A program made the position numbers and the translations under genes. The notes below the pieces were generated by a model. That model searched no databases. It was not told where the DNA came from and saw nothing but the letters and a program-made list of their open reading frames with translations. 64,000 nucleotides of DNA, taken from assembly GCA_047967505.1 (NCBI GenBank), contig CM106538.1; one strand, given 5' to 3'. The stretch is from Dipteris shenzhenensis. Taxonomy: Eukaryota. Below are positions 39,717 through 53,640 of this stretch, piece after piece. The first letter of the stretch is position 1, and each line of letters starts with the position of its first letter.

Positions 39717-39968
39717 TTTGCCTTGCCAACTGTCATTGTGCAACTTCATCATCTGTCACTACGCAACACAATCTTTTGTTGTGTTGAACACCATACAGGT
39801 TCAAGCAATGATGTTGGCATAGAGCGACCACCACATTGGCCTAACTACAGCACAAAACTTTTGCCTTACCACCTGTCATTATGCAGCTTTGCCATCCATC
39901 ACTATGCAACACAATCTTTTGTTGTACTAACCATCGTGCTAGTTCGAGCAATGATGTTGGCATGGAGA

Positions 39969-42900
39969 TGTGAGAGAGGATAGCACACAAAAAGGGATAA
40001 GGAGACACTAGAAGTGGTGGAGCAAAAGCTACTCTAGCTTATTCCTCTATCATATATATATGAGTATACATGGGCATTGTACAAGTGGGCGGGCACACTA
40101 CCCTTTACCCCAACAACCTCCCACTTAAAGGCAATATGCCTTTAAGGGAGTATAGTACACATATAATACAATCAGCCATAGGCTAAAAAACAAGATGACC
40201 AAACCATCATCTTATGCACATCGGCACTTTACAATGTGCAAAGTGCATGGAGGATAAGCTGCTAGTAGACATCAAGTCAGCAGGATAGAAAATGACAAGC
40301 TGTAGTTGCCTGTCAACCAAGATCTCATGCCAGATCTCGTTGGGAGAGTGAACTCTCACCACCACGTGCTCTTGTGCTAAGTCCATAGCACCTGAATTGT
40401 CACTGTACAAAGAAAATGTCTTTGCACCACCTGTGACCATAAGCACATGCCCTACAACAGACCTCTGCTGGTCTACCTAACCTGCATCACCTGCATGTTG
40501 TTCTTGGAAGCGTAAGGACCTGATGTCCACAACCGCTTCCCTACTACCAAAATTTGCCATAATCATGCTGCCAACTTCCACTACAACAGAAGCAAGAACC
40601 GGAAGTGTAGCCCCAATGGCAAACATGTGAGAACCCAGTCTCAACCCAGTCATGGATTCATGAAGTACTATGGCTTCCATATCAACCATAACTTGCTGTT
40701 CAATTGATCTGTGATTGTCAAACCTGTTGTGTTTCACGTATGGAGCCAATACAGGCAATGGAGTACTCAGTAACTTCCCCCTCTCCATAGTGAAACAACC
40801 AAGTATTTGAAGACAAACATCATCAAGACCATGCAACTCCCACTACAAAGCATCCCTGTCCATAAAGGACCATATGGCAAGTAACCTCAAAAGGATAGCA
40901 ACCTCCTGAATAGTGAGACCATAAGCTATCTCACTACACATCAAATCCTGAGCTCTCATAACGGTATCAAACCTATGAAGCCAAGCTCGGGGGGATTGCT
41001 TCTGGCCATGGAGGCACTTACAAAGCAAACATGTCAATGATTCCTGCCCATGCGCAATATGACCTGAGTTAATAACTACAGAAACCACATCTATCCTAGC
41101 TTAACCAGCCAATGGATCATACCGGGCATCATTAGCCAAGGTATCCTCCCCACCATGCATAGCCTCATCCTCATCTGCAGGAGGCACTCTGCATCTTGGG
41201 AGCAAATTGTGAATGTCCATAGAAGATGCATCAACAATCTCCATAGGAGTATAAACCTGTGGAATACTCGAGACATCTAACCATCTCTGACCAAAATCAC
41301 GAAGTAATCGTGGCTGTCCCAACTTTATAACCTGCTGACCATGGGAAAAACCTCCCACTCCAAGGGATATGGGCTGCCCCTGTAAAGAATTCGGAGGTAT
41401 CAATGCACTTACACCCTCCTAAAACACCACTCTCCTACTATCCACAGTCTTCGGCTATCTAAACATAGCATCCTCTCTGAAATAGACATTATGGCTGCGT
41501 ATCAGCTCTCTAGCTGAAGAATCCCATAACTTGTAGTCCCTACTGGACTCACTGTATCCAAGAAAGATACACCTCCTCGATCGGGAATCATGAGCATAAG
41601 TCTCGCAGCCAAACACATGTAAATGCTCTTAACATGATGTCCTACCTATCAAGAAGTCAAATGGCACTCTACCATCCAGAGATCTCTTGGGTGACCTATT
41701 AGGCAAGTATGCAGCTGTCTTACATGCCTCAGCCCAATAGCATTCGGTTAGACCTGCATATCATAGCATGCTATCAATCTTGTCGAATAGAATCTGATTT
41801 ATGCCTTCTACCAAGGCATCGTGAGCAGAAAGGTAAGGAGTGGTCAACACCCTCCTAATACCAAGTGTATCACATAGATGCTGAAATCTAGGAGAGGTAA
41901 ACTCTGCATCACCATCAATCATCAAGCTCAATAGCTTCTTTCCTGACTAATTTTTAGCATTACCCAAGAAGTGCTTAAATGTATCATATACATCATGCTT
42001 CTGACGAATCGAATATACCCATATGTACTTTGTAGCAGCATCAATAAATGTCACAAAGTAAGAGGCACCACCCAGTGAAACGGTAGGCATAGGCCCACAA
42101 ACTGCACTATGAACCAACTGCAATGGCTCAACATACCTCTCACTGACTATCTTCCTCACAGAAGAGGATCTTGACTGCTGACCATCATGACAATCATGAC
42201 ATAAAATCTGAGAGACATCCATAATACGAATGTATCTTGATTTTGTAAGGGCTTCTATACCTGCAGTAGACATATGTCCAAGTTTAGCGTACCATAAACT
42301 AACTAATGGCTACTTACTAATCATAAGCATCTGATCTTGGACACCTGATACATGCAATGCATAAGAGAATCCAACCCGTGATCCCCTAGCCATAACTAAA
42401 GTGCCTCTAGCAATCTTCCATGCATGATCACCCAAAGAGACATGATAACCTGCCTCAACCAACTGTCCAGTACTAATCTTGCTCATAGCAAGTCCTAGTA
42501 TATGTCTAACCCTCTGCAGAACAAGAATAGAGCCACTAGGCATAACAAGGTGGATATCCTCGTAACCATAGATATCCATAGAATGATCACTGCCCATTAA
42601 ACTATCCCCCACAATGCATTCCTGATATGCACTGAACCATGACCTATGAGGGGTCATATGACATGAAGCACATGGATATAACATCCAATCACCGAGAATG
42701 GGTACATCAGTGGCCAAGAAGGAGGTGTTAAAGGTGCATTCATCACTGTTACTTTCAATGGAAACCCTGGCATCCATGCCTTGAAGCTCAACATGCTTCT
42801 TCTCCTTCTTCTTGTCATTCTTAACCTTGCTCTTCTTCTCGCATTTTCTTAGCCATTTCTAGCAGTACTTTTTCATGTGGCCATACTTTCCATAATAGAA

Positions 42901-44463
42901 ACATCTAACACAAGTCCGAGAGCTAGACTTGCTCTTGGAATTCCCCCTTAAACATGACCTGTTTCTACCAATTGATCTACCTCTAGAGTGCATATCAAGG
43001 ATGTATTTCAGCCCATCAGGGCATTTCAACCCATCATGCTGTAACATAACACTATCATGGTCATACATCCGGCATATACGAGTATAGAACTCATATGCAT
43101 GGCAATCTACACCCTGTACACCATCCTGTACCTGCAAGTAGACTGACTTCGAGAGTGATGACTGAATGATAGAGCGTGCTTGCTCATCCATATCATCCCA
43201 GTCACTCTGTTTAATGCTATTAGGCTTGACACTTTTGCATTAAATGGGCTTATGCTGCCTCTTCTGCACTAACACATCATAAATTTACTCTTTCCAATAC
43301 TGAAAGTTCGATCCATCCAACCTCTCAATATCAAAGAGGGCACTACCAGCTGTAGATGCCATATCTGTGTACAATATCTCACAACCAAAGAGCAGTACTG
43401 TACAATAGGCAACCCAAATGACCAAAAAATATAGTGCTGTCCGACCAATCAGGTCTCCAAATAAATTGGATGATCCAAAAGCACTCAGCCATAAGGAGGC
43501 ATAAACAAGAATATATGCAGCCCAGTAACCTGCCAATGCTTGGCAATCCAAGTAAGCAATGCACTGAACCAAATGAGCAATGCCTGCTCAACCAATGGCA
43601 GTAGGAGCCCAGCTTAACTATCCATAAACATCAATGCGGCATCCACCAATGCAAATCCATAATGCATCGAAATGGCATTTACTGCATCACCAATGCATCA
43701 TCTCAAGTGTGCAACCCTTTGGCATCAAAATCAAGCATTCACCACTTGCTAAATGTGCCAAATGACTTGCCAATAATGCCCTTGGATTGATGCTATAATT
43801 TTCTCTCAATCTACTGTCAAAGTTTCACCTTACCTCACAGCCAAGAGTAATTTATTTTGATGCCAAGAGTAATTGAAGTAACTGATTACACACGGTGCTG
43901 CTACACTTGCGATACTAAGTGTCGATAGTCTCAAATTGACCAACAAGATGTGTGCAATAATTATCAAAAATATCTGATGGAGCATGAATTACTAATAAGG
44001 CCCCGATTAGCAATACGTGATAGAGCAATTGAATCAAGTTTGCATAGCTCCAGAGGCCAAAAGCTAGAGTTGGATTCATAGGGCTTGGTGATTATGCATC
44101 ATAGATGTGTATCGATTTCTAATACACAGGCATCCTTCATACAGGCCGATTAGCCACACACACATCGATTGCACATAGGCATTGCAAGCCAACTTGAGCT
44201 GCCAAGATTTGTTGTAACACTCCACCAAGAAAATGCCTCGATTGAAGAAGCTTCACAATCACTACATCTCGGAATTCACTTCTCAGACATTGTAGCTCAT
44301 TGGATCTGATACCAGTTGTGAGAGAGGAGAGCACACACAAAGGGATAAGGAGACACCAGAAGTGGTGGAGCAAAAGCTACTCCAGCTTATTCCTCTATCA
44401 TATATATATGAGTATACATGGGCACTGTACAAGTGGGCAGGCACACTGCCCTTTACCCCAACA
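39969..44463 (-). mobile_element. Complete but non-autonomous Ty1/Copia element, family D (related to A)
   Basis: 147-bp LTRs 39969-40115 and 44317-44463 (7 differences); TSD GGAGA; PBS reverse complement 44304-44314; PPT AAGTGGGAGGT; gag ATG 43362; protease DSG and RT YVDD lost. Confidence 0.92.
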
Positions 44464-44539
44464 GGAGAGACCACCATGTTGGCATGAAGACCACAGTGGC
44501 ATGTCAATCTCTAAAGGGGACCCCTCAAGGTCCATATCT

Positions 44540-45060
44540 ACAACCACCGTGCTGGTTATTGGGGCTATTTTAGTTCTCCAATTCATTATTTATTGATAAG
44601 AGTATTCATTACTCTCTTGATGCCTCTTTGGTATAGAGACAAGGAAAATATAGCCTTATTTTGGATCTATTTTAGTCCTATTAGTCCTTGTGCAATAATT
44701 TCTCAACCACCACACTGGTTCTTGGAGCTATTTTAGTTCCAAGCTAAGTAAAATGTAGACATTTACAATTTATGATAGTTTCCTTGCAACCACTACGCTG
44801 GTTATTGGAGTTATTATAGTTCTAAACCATTGCACTGGTTATTGGAGTTATTATAGTTCTAAACCAAGGAAAATATACTGCTATTTTGAAGCTATTTTAG
44901 TCCTACTAGTCCTTGTGCAACAATTTTTGCTAGTTCTTGGAGCTATTTTAGTGCTATTTTAGTTCCAAGCTAAGGAAAATATAGTCCTATTTTAGAGCTA
45001 TTTTAGTCCTTTTGCAATAATTGCTTGTGCAACAATCGCATTGGTTGCACTGGTTGCAGT
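44540..45060. repeat. Degenerate repeat array CAACCACC.TGCTGGTT.TTGGAGCTATTTTAGTTC
   Basis: Multiple copies; core is the reverse complement of the 19270-21020 motif. Confidence 0.8.
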
Positions 45061-45164
45061 ATATTCTCGATCCCTATGGTTGTAGTAAAATGTAAATGAG
45101 AGCTAAAATATGCCATTTGTGCTTCTTTAGAGCCACTTTCACTACCAAAGTAATAGCAACAAAA

Positions 45165-46005
45165 GTTTTTGCGATCATGGTACTACATTGAAATTGAAAC
45201 ATCCGATAGTTTTTGCGATAATAGTATTACATCGATAGTTTTTGCAATAATAGTACTACATTGAAATTGAAACAAAAGAAATTACATCCGATAGTTTTTG
45301 CGATAATAGTATTACATCAAAATTGAAACAAAAGAAATTACATCCAAAGCAAACATTTAACAAAAGAGATTACATCCAAAGATGCTAGCACTTTGTCTTT
45401 GTGACACTTCTTTAAACACTTTTAGCACTTGTCAACACCACCGCTGTGGCAGGACCTCATGTCACTTTTTGCCCTTGTTATCACTTTCTTACACTTTTGA
45501 CTTGGTGCCTCGTATGCAGGGGACAATACAAGCACCTCATAGAGTTAGCATTTTCTTATAATTTTAACTTGAAACTCCTCGTATATGTAGGGGACGATAC
45601 GAGCACCTCGTAATTGAACATAACCTTCTTCATAGAAACTTCTTTCCTGTAATCGAGCACAACCTTTGACAATGGGCAAGAAACTCAATCTAGTGGTGAG
45701 CTCCAGCACACTGATGCTCTCAGTGTGCTAGAGCTCATTACCAAGTTGAGTTTTCCTTCCCCAGTGTTGAAGGTTGTGCTCAACCAAGTTGAGTTCTCTC
45801 CTAGTGCCTGATGGAACAATGATGACAAACATTTGTAGTAGCTGATAATGGGATCAAGTGTTAGAGCTCATCACGAAGTTGAATTCTCCTTCCCCAGTGC
45901 CAAACGTTGTGCTCAATTACGAGAGGCTCATCAGAAGTTGAGTTCTCTCCCAGTTCTTGACGGAATAATGACAATGGACATTTGTAGAGCTGAGAACAGG
46001 ATCAA
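45165..46005. repeat. Tandem repeat blocks (45165-45380 short units; 45730-46005 about 135-bp duplication)
   Basis: GATAGTTTTTGCGATAATAGTATTACATC and TTGAAACAAAAGAAATTACATCC repeats; GAGCTCAT..AAGTTGA.TT.TCCTTCCCCAGTG..GTTGTGCTCAA x2. Confidence 0.75.
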
Positions 46006-46306
46006 ATGCGATAGACCTAAAATCCATTCTATAATCCCCTCCTTAAGACCTGTTTCCCTTGGCTCCCCATCCTACAACTCCCTTGGTCATGGCTATGGCT
46101 GGTGGAGTGTTGTAGGATGGAGAGCCAAGGCAAACAATGGATCCCATGACTTGGGCAGCATTATGAAGGGCATTGAGGTTGTAATAGAAGATTCATCAGA
46201 GGGGTGGAAGGTGGCTTGGAGAGCATGGAAGGGGGTAGGAGAGGGATTTTCTTGGGTGCGGTGAATTGTTTATCTACCCTTAAGGCCTTTATATAGCTAG
46301 ACTTTC

Positions 46307-49300
46307 TGACAAAATATGAAGAGGGGAGAGGAGAAGAGTGGAGATGAGGAGAGAGGGCACAGCTAGAGAGCACACCACAAATGACTAACTGTACACTAGA
46401 TTTAGTTGAAAAAATAGAATATATACAAACCCTTTTAGCGTTAGGGTTAGGGGTTCTAATCCTTTCCTTTATAGCACTCTATAAGGTTAGTGCTATGCAC
46501 ATATGATCACGTGATGGTGCTATGCACACATGATCACATGATGTTGAGTGTGAACTCTCAAAACCTTCCCCAAGATCAACATCATGAAGTAGGCCTTCCC
46601 TCAAGATGATGATTCTGGGGAATCAAAGAAGGACCGAGCATTACATTCCATCACACCCCTTTAATGGGAATGTCCTTCCTCTGCATCAAACCAAGAGCTA
46701 GTCTGTGTTTCTCGAATAGCTCTTTACCGAGTGGTTTGGTAAAGATGTTTGCAACATTTTCTTTGCTATCACAATGCTGCAGTGTGATGTCACCAAGTAA
46801 CACTCTTTCTCTGATGAAGTGCTTTCTGACATCAATGTGCTTTGTCCTGGAGTGATATACTGGATTTTTGGCCAATGCTTGAGCCGATTGATTATCACAG
46901 TATATTGTTGTTGTCTTTGACTCATCAAAGTAATCTGTTTCTGACAATAGTCTTCTGAGCCATATAGCCTCACATCGACCTATAGTGAGTGCTCTATATT
47001 CTGCTTCAGTCGAAGACAAAGAAACAGTTGGCTATTTGTTTGACAACCATGATATAGCACCTTGACCAAGGAAAAATGCATATCCCTGTGTCGATCTCTT
47101 GGTCTCATGATCTCTTGCATAGTCACTGTCACAGTATCCATGCAATCATGGATGACTTCCTCTATATTCTATCCCAAACTATCTTGTACCTCTGATGTAT
47201 CTCAAGACTCTTTTGGCTGCATTCCAGTGAGACTGTTTTGGATTTGCCATAAACTGTGCTAGTGAGCTTACTGCATCTGGCCGTGTGATTGTCAGATATA
47301 TAAGAGATCCGATGAGTTACCTGTAGTATCTGTCATTGACTGTAGGCTTTTATGAATCTTTAGTAAGTTTCAAACTCTGTTCCATGGGAGTGGCTACAAT
47401 CTTGCAATCTGCCATATGAAACTTCTTCAGGAGACTGTTAACATACTTGAGCTGACTCATGAATGTGCTATCTGAATCTCTCCAGAACTCAATTCCAAGA
47501 CAATATTGCATAAGTCCAAGATCTTTCATGTCGAACTCTGTAGATAAGTCTTATTTCAATTTTCTGATGAAGCTATCCTTGCTTCTTATCACAATCAGAT
47601 CATCTACATACAAAAGTGCAATAGTAATGTCTTCCCCTTGAACTTTGTAGTAGAGAGTATGATCTGCATTGGATTTCATGTATCCCAGATTAGCAAAATA
47701 CTTGTCAATTCTAGTGTACCAACTTCTAGGTGCTTTTTTTAAGCCGTAGAGTCTTTTCTTGAGATGGCAAACCTTTTCTCCTTTCTTGGTTCAACATAAC
47801 TTGTGGGTTGTTGCATGTAGACTTCCTCGTCTAGATAACCATTGAGAAATGCATTCTTGACATCGAGCTGATACACATTCCATTTACTGAGTGTCGCTAG
47901 TGATATCAAGAACCGTATGGAATCCATCTTTGCTACTGGAGCATAAGTCTCATCATAGTCTTGACCATATTGTTGTGCAAATCCTTTTGCAACTAATCTG
48001 GCTTTGTATCTCTGAATCCTGCCATCTGGATTGTACTTCACTTTGTATACCCGTTTGTTTGCTATGGCCTTCTTTCCTGGTGGAAGCTCGCATAATTCCC
48101 AAGTATTGTTCTTATACAAAGCATCCATTTCTTCATTCATAGTAGTTTGCCATTCTGGCTTGTCTACTGTGTCTTCGAAGTACACTGGCTCTTCTGTAGC
48201 CATGATGGTAGTCATAAGAGCATAGTTAGTGGTTTCCACCTGAATTGCTTTGCCTTTCTGAGCATATGTCAATCTGGCTGGTGGTTTGCTTTCCCTAGTA
48301 GACCGTTTGAGCTGCTGTGGCTCTGCTTGGGGTGTTTCTGGCAATTCTTACTCTTCTTCATCAACTTGTTCTGTAGATGACTGTGAAGTCAATGCTTCTA
48401 TCTCCTGTGTAGGTGAGGTTTTCCATTCTGATTTCTCATCAAAAATTACATCTCTGGAGATAATGACTTGTGGTTGATGGGATCATACAATTTGTATGCT
48501 TTGCTTTCTTCACTGTAGCCAACCATGATGCATTTGCGTGACTTTGCATCCAATTTTCTGCGATGATCATCATGTATGTGAGCATATGCTATGCAACCAA
48601 ATATGCGGAGATGCCCAATGCATGGCTTGTGTCTAGTGAATGCTTCATAAGGAGTCATACCTTGTATCGGTTCAGTAGGAAGCCGATTAAGCAAATAGTT
48701 AGCTGTAGCTATTGCTTCTGCCTAATACTAATTTGGAAGATGCTTTTCACTAAGCATTGCTCTAGCACTGTCTGCTAAAGTCCCATTCTTCCTTTCAGCT
48801 ATTGCATTGTGCTGAGGAGTATCTGCACATGTGAATTGTCTTCATATGTCGTGACTTTTGCAAAAGTTCATGAATGCTGAAGACATGTATTCACCTCCTC
48901 TATCTGATCTCATGACCTTGATCATTCTACCTGTTTGGTTTTCTACCATGGCTTTGAATTCTTGAAATCTAGAAAACACTTCAGATTTCTCTTTCAGAAA
49001 GTAGACCCAACAATATCCGCTGTAGTCATTGATGAAGGTCAAGTAATAAAGTGAACCATTGATGCTGTGGGTCTGGGCATAACCCCATACATCTGTATGT
49101 ATCAAATCAAGAATACCTCATGCACGAGAGGTACTTTTGACAAAGTTGGTTCGCTTTTGTTTGTCGAAGCAGCATGCTTCACAAACTTTTCCAAGAAACT
49201 GTAGCTTCGGAATCCCAATTGCCATATTCTGATTCCTGAGATCTAACAAGTACTTGAAATTGACATGACCATATCTCTTGTGCCATTTTGCAGATAGTGG

Positions 49301-52300
49301 CATCTGTTGCATTTGAGCTGACATGGCATGCTTATCTGAAACTGTAGCTAGCATTCTGTATAAGCGTCCTTCCTTAACACCTTTTGCTACTAGCTGACAT
49401 CTTTTGGATTTGTCTCTGATAGTGCATTAATCACCATTGAAGATGACTTTGTAATTGTGTTCCATCATTCAACCTACTGACAAAAGGTTCTTGGTGAGCT
49501 TCGGAACATAGAGCACATCTTTGACTAATCCTTTTGTACCAGTGAAATTGTTCATAGGGATAACACCTATCCCTTGAATTGGATTCGGTGTATTGTCTGC
49601 TGTGTAGATGACATTTTTTTGTCCTTCTAATGGCTTCATTTCTGTGAACCATTCCTGATGATTTGTCATATGAGATGATGCACTGTTGTCGATGTACCAA
49701 GGATCCTATTCCACTTGGTCGACTTGATAGCTGAAATCCTCTTTGGGATTGAAATTAGTGTCTAGGTGCATTGTATCAGTCTGATGCAATTCCTCGCTTG
49801 CAGGAAACATATTTCCATGTTCATTTGCAAAATGACTGTGACTAGAATGTCCACCACAATGATTTCCTCTTCCTCGGGAATTCCCTCGATTACTGCTGGA
49901 TTAACCGCCTTGGTCATACTGCTTCTTGCAGCAATCTCTTTCATAGTGTCCAAACTTGTGATAGTAGTTGCACTGGATGTTTGACACATTGGTGGATGCA
50001 TTCCCTCATCCTTGAAATCTTCCTTGATTGGAATGATTTTCTCTTTGCTGATTTTGATGTTGCTGAGGATGATTTTGTTGATGATGACCACTTTTCTGGT
50101 ATGATCTATCTCTATTTCTACCTTTGCCTCTGCTTCTATCTAAAGCTGTGAATGCCTGATCATTAGAATGACCTTTACGTGCTTGAATGGCCTGAGTCCT
50201 GAGTTCTTCATCAAGTAGAACTGACTGAAGTCCTTCCAGTGTTGGAATTTACCATTGGATGGCAATACTCTGAACTAGATTCTTGTATCCCTCTCCTAGT
50301 CCATTCAGGATTACTTGAACCATTTCTGTGGGGTTCATAGTCTCTCCTACTGCTACAAGTTGATTGTTGTAGTCTTTAATGCGGAGTACATAAGCATGAC
50401 TGTTTTCACTGCTGTTGCGGAAACTCTGGTTGATCTAGTTTCTCAAGGTGAGAATCCTAGATGTGTTTTTGGATTCGTAGAGAGCCGCAAACATATCCCA
50501 TGCTTCTTTTGATGTCTTAACTGTGTTGAGCTGTCCTAGCATGACATCTTGCACATTTTGCTTGATCAGGTGATAGGCATACTTGTCTTTCTTATCCCAT
50601 ATTGTGCTTGAGCTCGGGCAACAGCAAGATCTACTACTGGTGCGAAAACTGTTTGTGTAGATGTAGATCCCGATGTAGATCCCATTACTGGTGCTGTGAC
50701 AACAGATGGAGTAGAGCTAGTGGTAGTTGGATCATCCAATGGTCTAGGTGTAGACCCATCGACATACTCCCATTTGTCCTAAAGCACAAGAATGGTCTCC
50801 ATTCAGTATTTCCATGTACCGTAATTGGAGTTGTCTAACTTAGCAGATGCCTCCAGATTGAGGTTTCTAGTCGACATGGTGCAAGAAATGTACTCAAAAG
50901 TGTCGTGAAGATCTCTATATGAATCAACTACAAATACACTGAATATGCCAAGTGAAATCTCTGTACTGTCGGTGAAGATAGAACTGCAGTATATAAAATA
51001 TGATCTGTATTACAAGGCTTGTGGCAATGATGCCGAGAATAGCCAAGAGGCTTTACAAGGCTGAAATGATGTGCACGATGCCATGAGATAGCCAAATGGG
51101 CTTTACAATGGTGGCATGTGTGTGTGAAATCAAATGCTATCTGCCCACTGAATCAATCTGCAATGTTCTAAACTCTGAAGTCTACTCATTGAACTGATGA
51201 ACATAAGGTTTCAAGTAATGTAATGATGTGAAACCGTATGTGAGTGTATGGACTAACTCTGAGTAAGTACTAGTCGGGAATTTCGGGCATGGCTTAGATT
51301 GGTAACTTGGGAAAATTCAAAGCGTCCCCTCTATGGCGATCTAGTCTACTCTGATCTAGATCTAAACCAACCATCGATCGATGAAAGAACAGCAAATAAT
51401 TCCTTTTCTTTTGTTCTTTTTAAGTGCTGGGTCAGATGCATCGATGTAGAGGCAAATGTGCATGAAGGAAGTGGTTTTGTCAGCGAGGCTCAAATGTGAG
51501 TGTAACTTAAACCAAAATGTGTGCATGATGTGACGAGCGCGTAGAGAACAAAAAAACGAGCGACTTTCCTTTTTGGAGTGCCCTCAAATTCTTCCTAGAT
51601 CAAGAGATATGACTTGATCTATGTGGAGGGGCAAAAGGAGTGCAAATGTGCTCAATGATGATGTGCCACTGTGTCACATGCAGTAATGATGTGGCACTGT
51701 GCCTAGCAAGAGGTGTGCCTATGAAGCTCTGTGCTGAGGTGGTAGGAGTGGTCACATGAAGTGCCTGTGGAGCACTGTGTGTGCCTGGCAGGGGTCAATG
51801 TTGACTGGACTATTGAGGTGGCACTGCTAAGGTGGCACAGATGATGTCAGCAAGGTGATGTGGTAGTCGTGATGATGTGGTAGTCGGTGATGACGCGGCC
51901 TAATGACACGGCACTGATGATGTGATAGGATGATCTGGTCTGCTTACGTGGCATTGATCATGTGTTAGTTGAGCTAGGCTATTGATGTGGCAGTTGGAGA
52001 TAAGATGACACGTGGCTGGGTCAGATGCGTCGATGTAGAGGCAAATGTGGTTGGCTGGTTGTGTGGAGTCATCTGCTTATCGATCTATGATCGACTCAGG
52101 GCTTACGGAGACTGCATCGCCCTCATGAAGGCCAACCTTCTTGCTAGAGAAGCCTAGAACGTGCAATGCGTAAAGAGTGAACAAGCAAACATAGAATTGA
52201 CAATCCCCATAGCAACTCTAAGTGAATAACTAGGCTCTTACTAGTCTCTCTCTCCCTAAAGAGAAAACTATCACAAGAAGAAATGAAATCTCTCAAGGAA

Positions 52301-52742
52301 TATATCTCATAATGGAATGAGAACTCTCAAAGAATGGAAATGGAGGAAATGGACTGAAAATTCTTCCAATGAATGAAAATCTTTCATCAACGGAATGAAA
52401 GATAGAAACCTATCAATCTCACAATCTCTCTCACACTCTCACGAATTGCAATGCCTCAGCAGAAGGCAAGGAAGCTCTGATACCATGACAAAATATGAAG
52501 AGGGGAGAGGAGAAGAGTGGAGATGAGGAGAGAGGGCACAGCTAGAGAGCACACCACAAATGACTGACTGTACACTAGATTTAGTTGAAAAAATAGAATA
52601 TATACAAACCCTTTTAGGGTTAGGGTTAAGTGTTGTAACCCTTTCCTTTATAGCACTCTATAAGGTTAGTGCTATGCACATATGATCACGTGATGGTGCT
52701 ATGGACACATGATCACATGATGTTAAGCGTATACTCTCAACA
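46307..52742 (-). mobile_element. Full-length Ty1/Copia LTR retrotransposon, family C
   Basis: 257-bp LTRs 46307-46563 and 52486-52742 (about 12 differences); TSD CTTTC; PBS reverse complement 52474-52485; PPT reverse complement at 46564; about 1.6-kb leader. Confidence 0.96.
46651..50877 (-). pseudogene. Copia C gag-pol polyprotein, many stops and frameshifts
   Basis: WYIDNSASSHM, HTDVWG, SDRGGEY, QLDVKNAFLNG, STEAEYRAL, YCDNQSA. Confidence 0.92.
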
Positions 52743-52859
52743 CTTTCCACCCTCCCACTCTTTTTCCCTTCATTTCTTATGTCAGTTTGTGTGACTCTGG
52801 GTGCCTATCACTATTAAGAGCACATAATCCACCCACTGGATTTTGTTGGTAGCCCAACC

Positions 52860-53640
52860 TAGCATAGGCGGTCATATACATCATTATCTAGCCATGACAT
52901 GCGATTAGATGGTTGCCATGGGAGAATTTATAGGTCATCAGAGCCAAGATCATAATAATTCAATGGGATGAGGGGAGACGAGCGATGGCACATGCACCTA
53001 GCTTGCTAGTAGTCTAGCCTAGTGTGGGCAATCATATACATCATCATCTAGCCACCCATGACGTGCAATTAGATGGTTGCCATGGGAGAATTTCTCGATC
53101 ATTGGAACATTCTAACAGTCTAATATGTTCTTATAGTCTAACTCCAACTTAATGCTAATCTGAGCATGAAAATTAGATGGTCCCTCATGCAATGTCATTG
53201 TTATTACAGTCTAATTCTGATTCAATGCTAATCTAAGCCTGTGAACTAGATAGCCCACTAGATGGCCCCTCATGCAAAGTCATTGTTGCTACAATCAACT
53301 ACCTTGAAGAAAGGCAAGATCAAAATAAGACATCAGATTATCTTTGAGTCGCTTCATTAGACTGTAATAACAATAGTTCTCAGTCATAAGAACAAGAACT
53401 ATTGTTAATACAGTCTGATGAATTGACTGAATGCTAATCTAAGCTTGTGAACTAGATGGTCCCCCATGCAAAGTCATTGTTATTATATAGTCTGATTCTA
53501 GCTCAATGCTAATCTGAGCCTGTGAATTCTATAGATGGTCCCTCATACACAATCATTGTTGTTACAGTCTCATTCTAACTAAATGTTAATCTGAACCTAT
53601 GAATTAGATGGTCCCTCATGCATAGTCATTGTCACTAAAA
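52860..53640. repeat. Tandem repeat arrays (about 70-bp duplication 52860-53095; about 75-bp units 53120-53640, one inverted)
   Basis: AATGCTAATCT.AGC..TGAA.TAGATGGTCCCTCATGCA..GTCATTGTT..TACAGTCT repeated about 5 times. Confidence 0.85.

Noticed and set aside
53120-53640. About 75-bp array as repeat-spacer system
   Set aside because: Whole units are homologous, with no unique spacers
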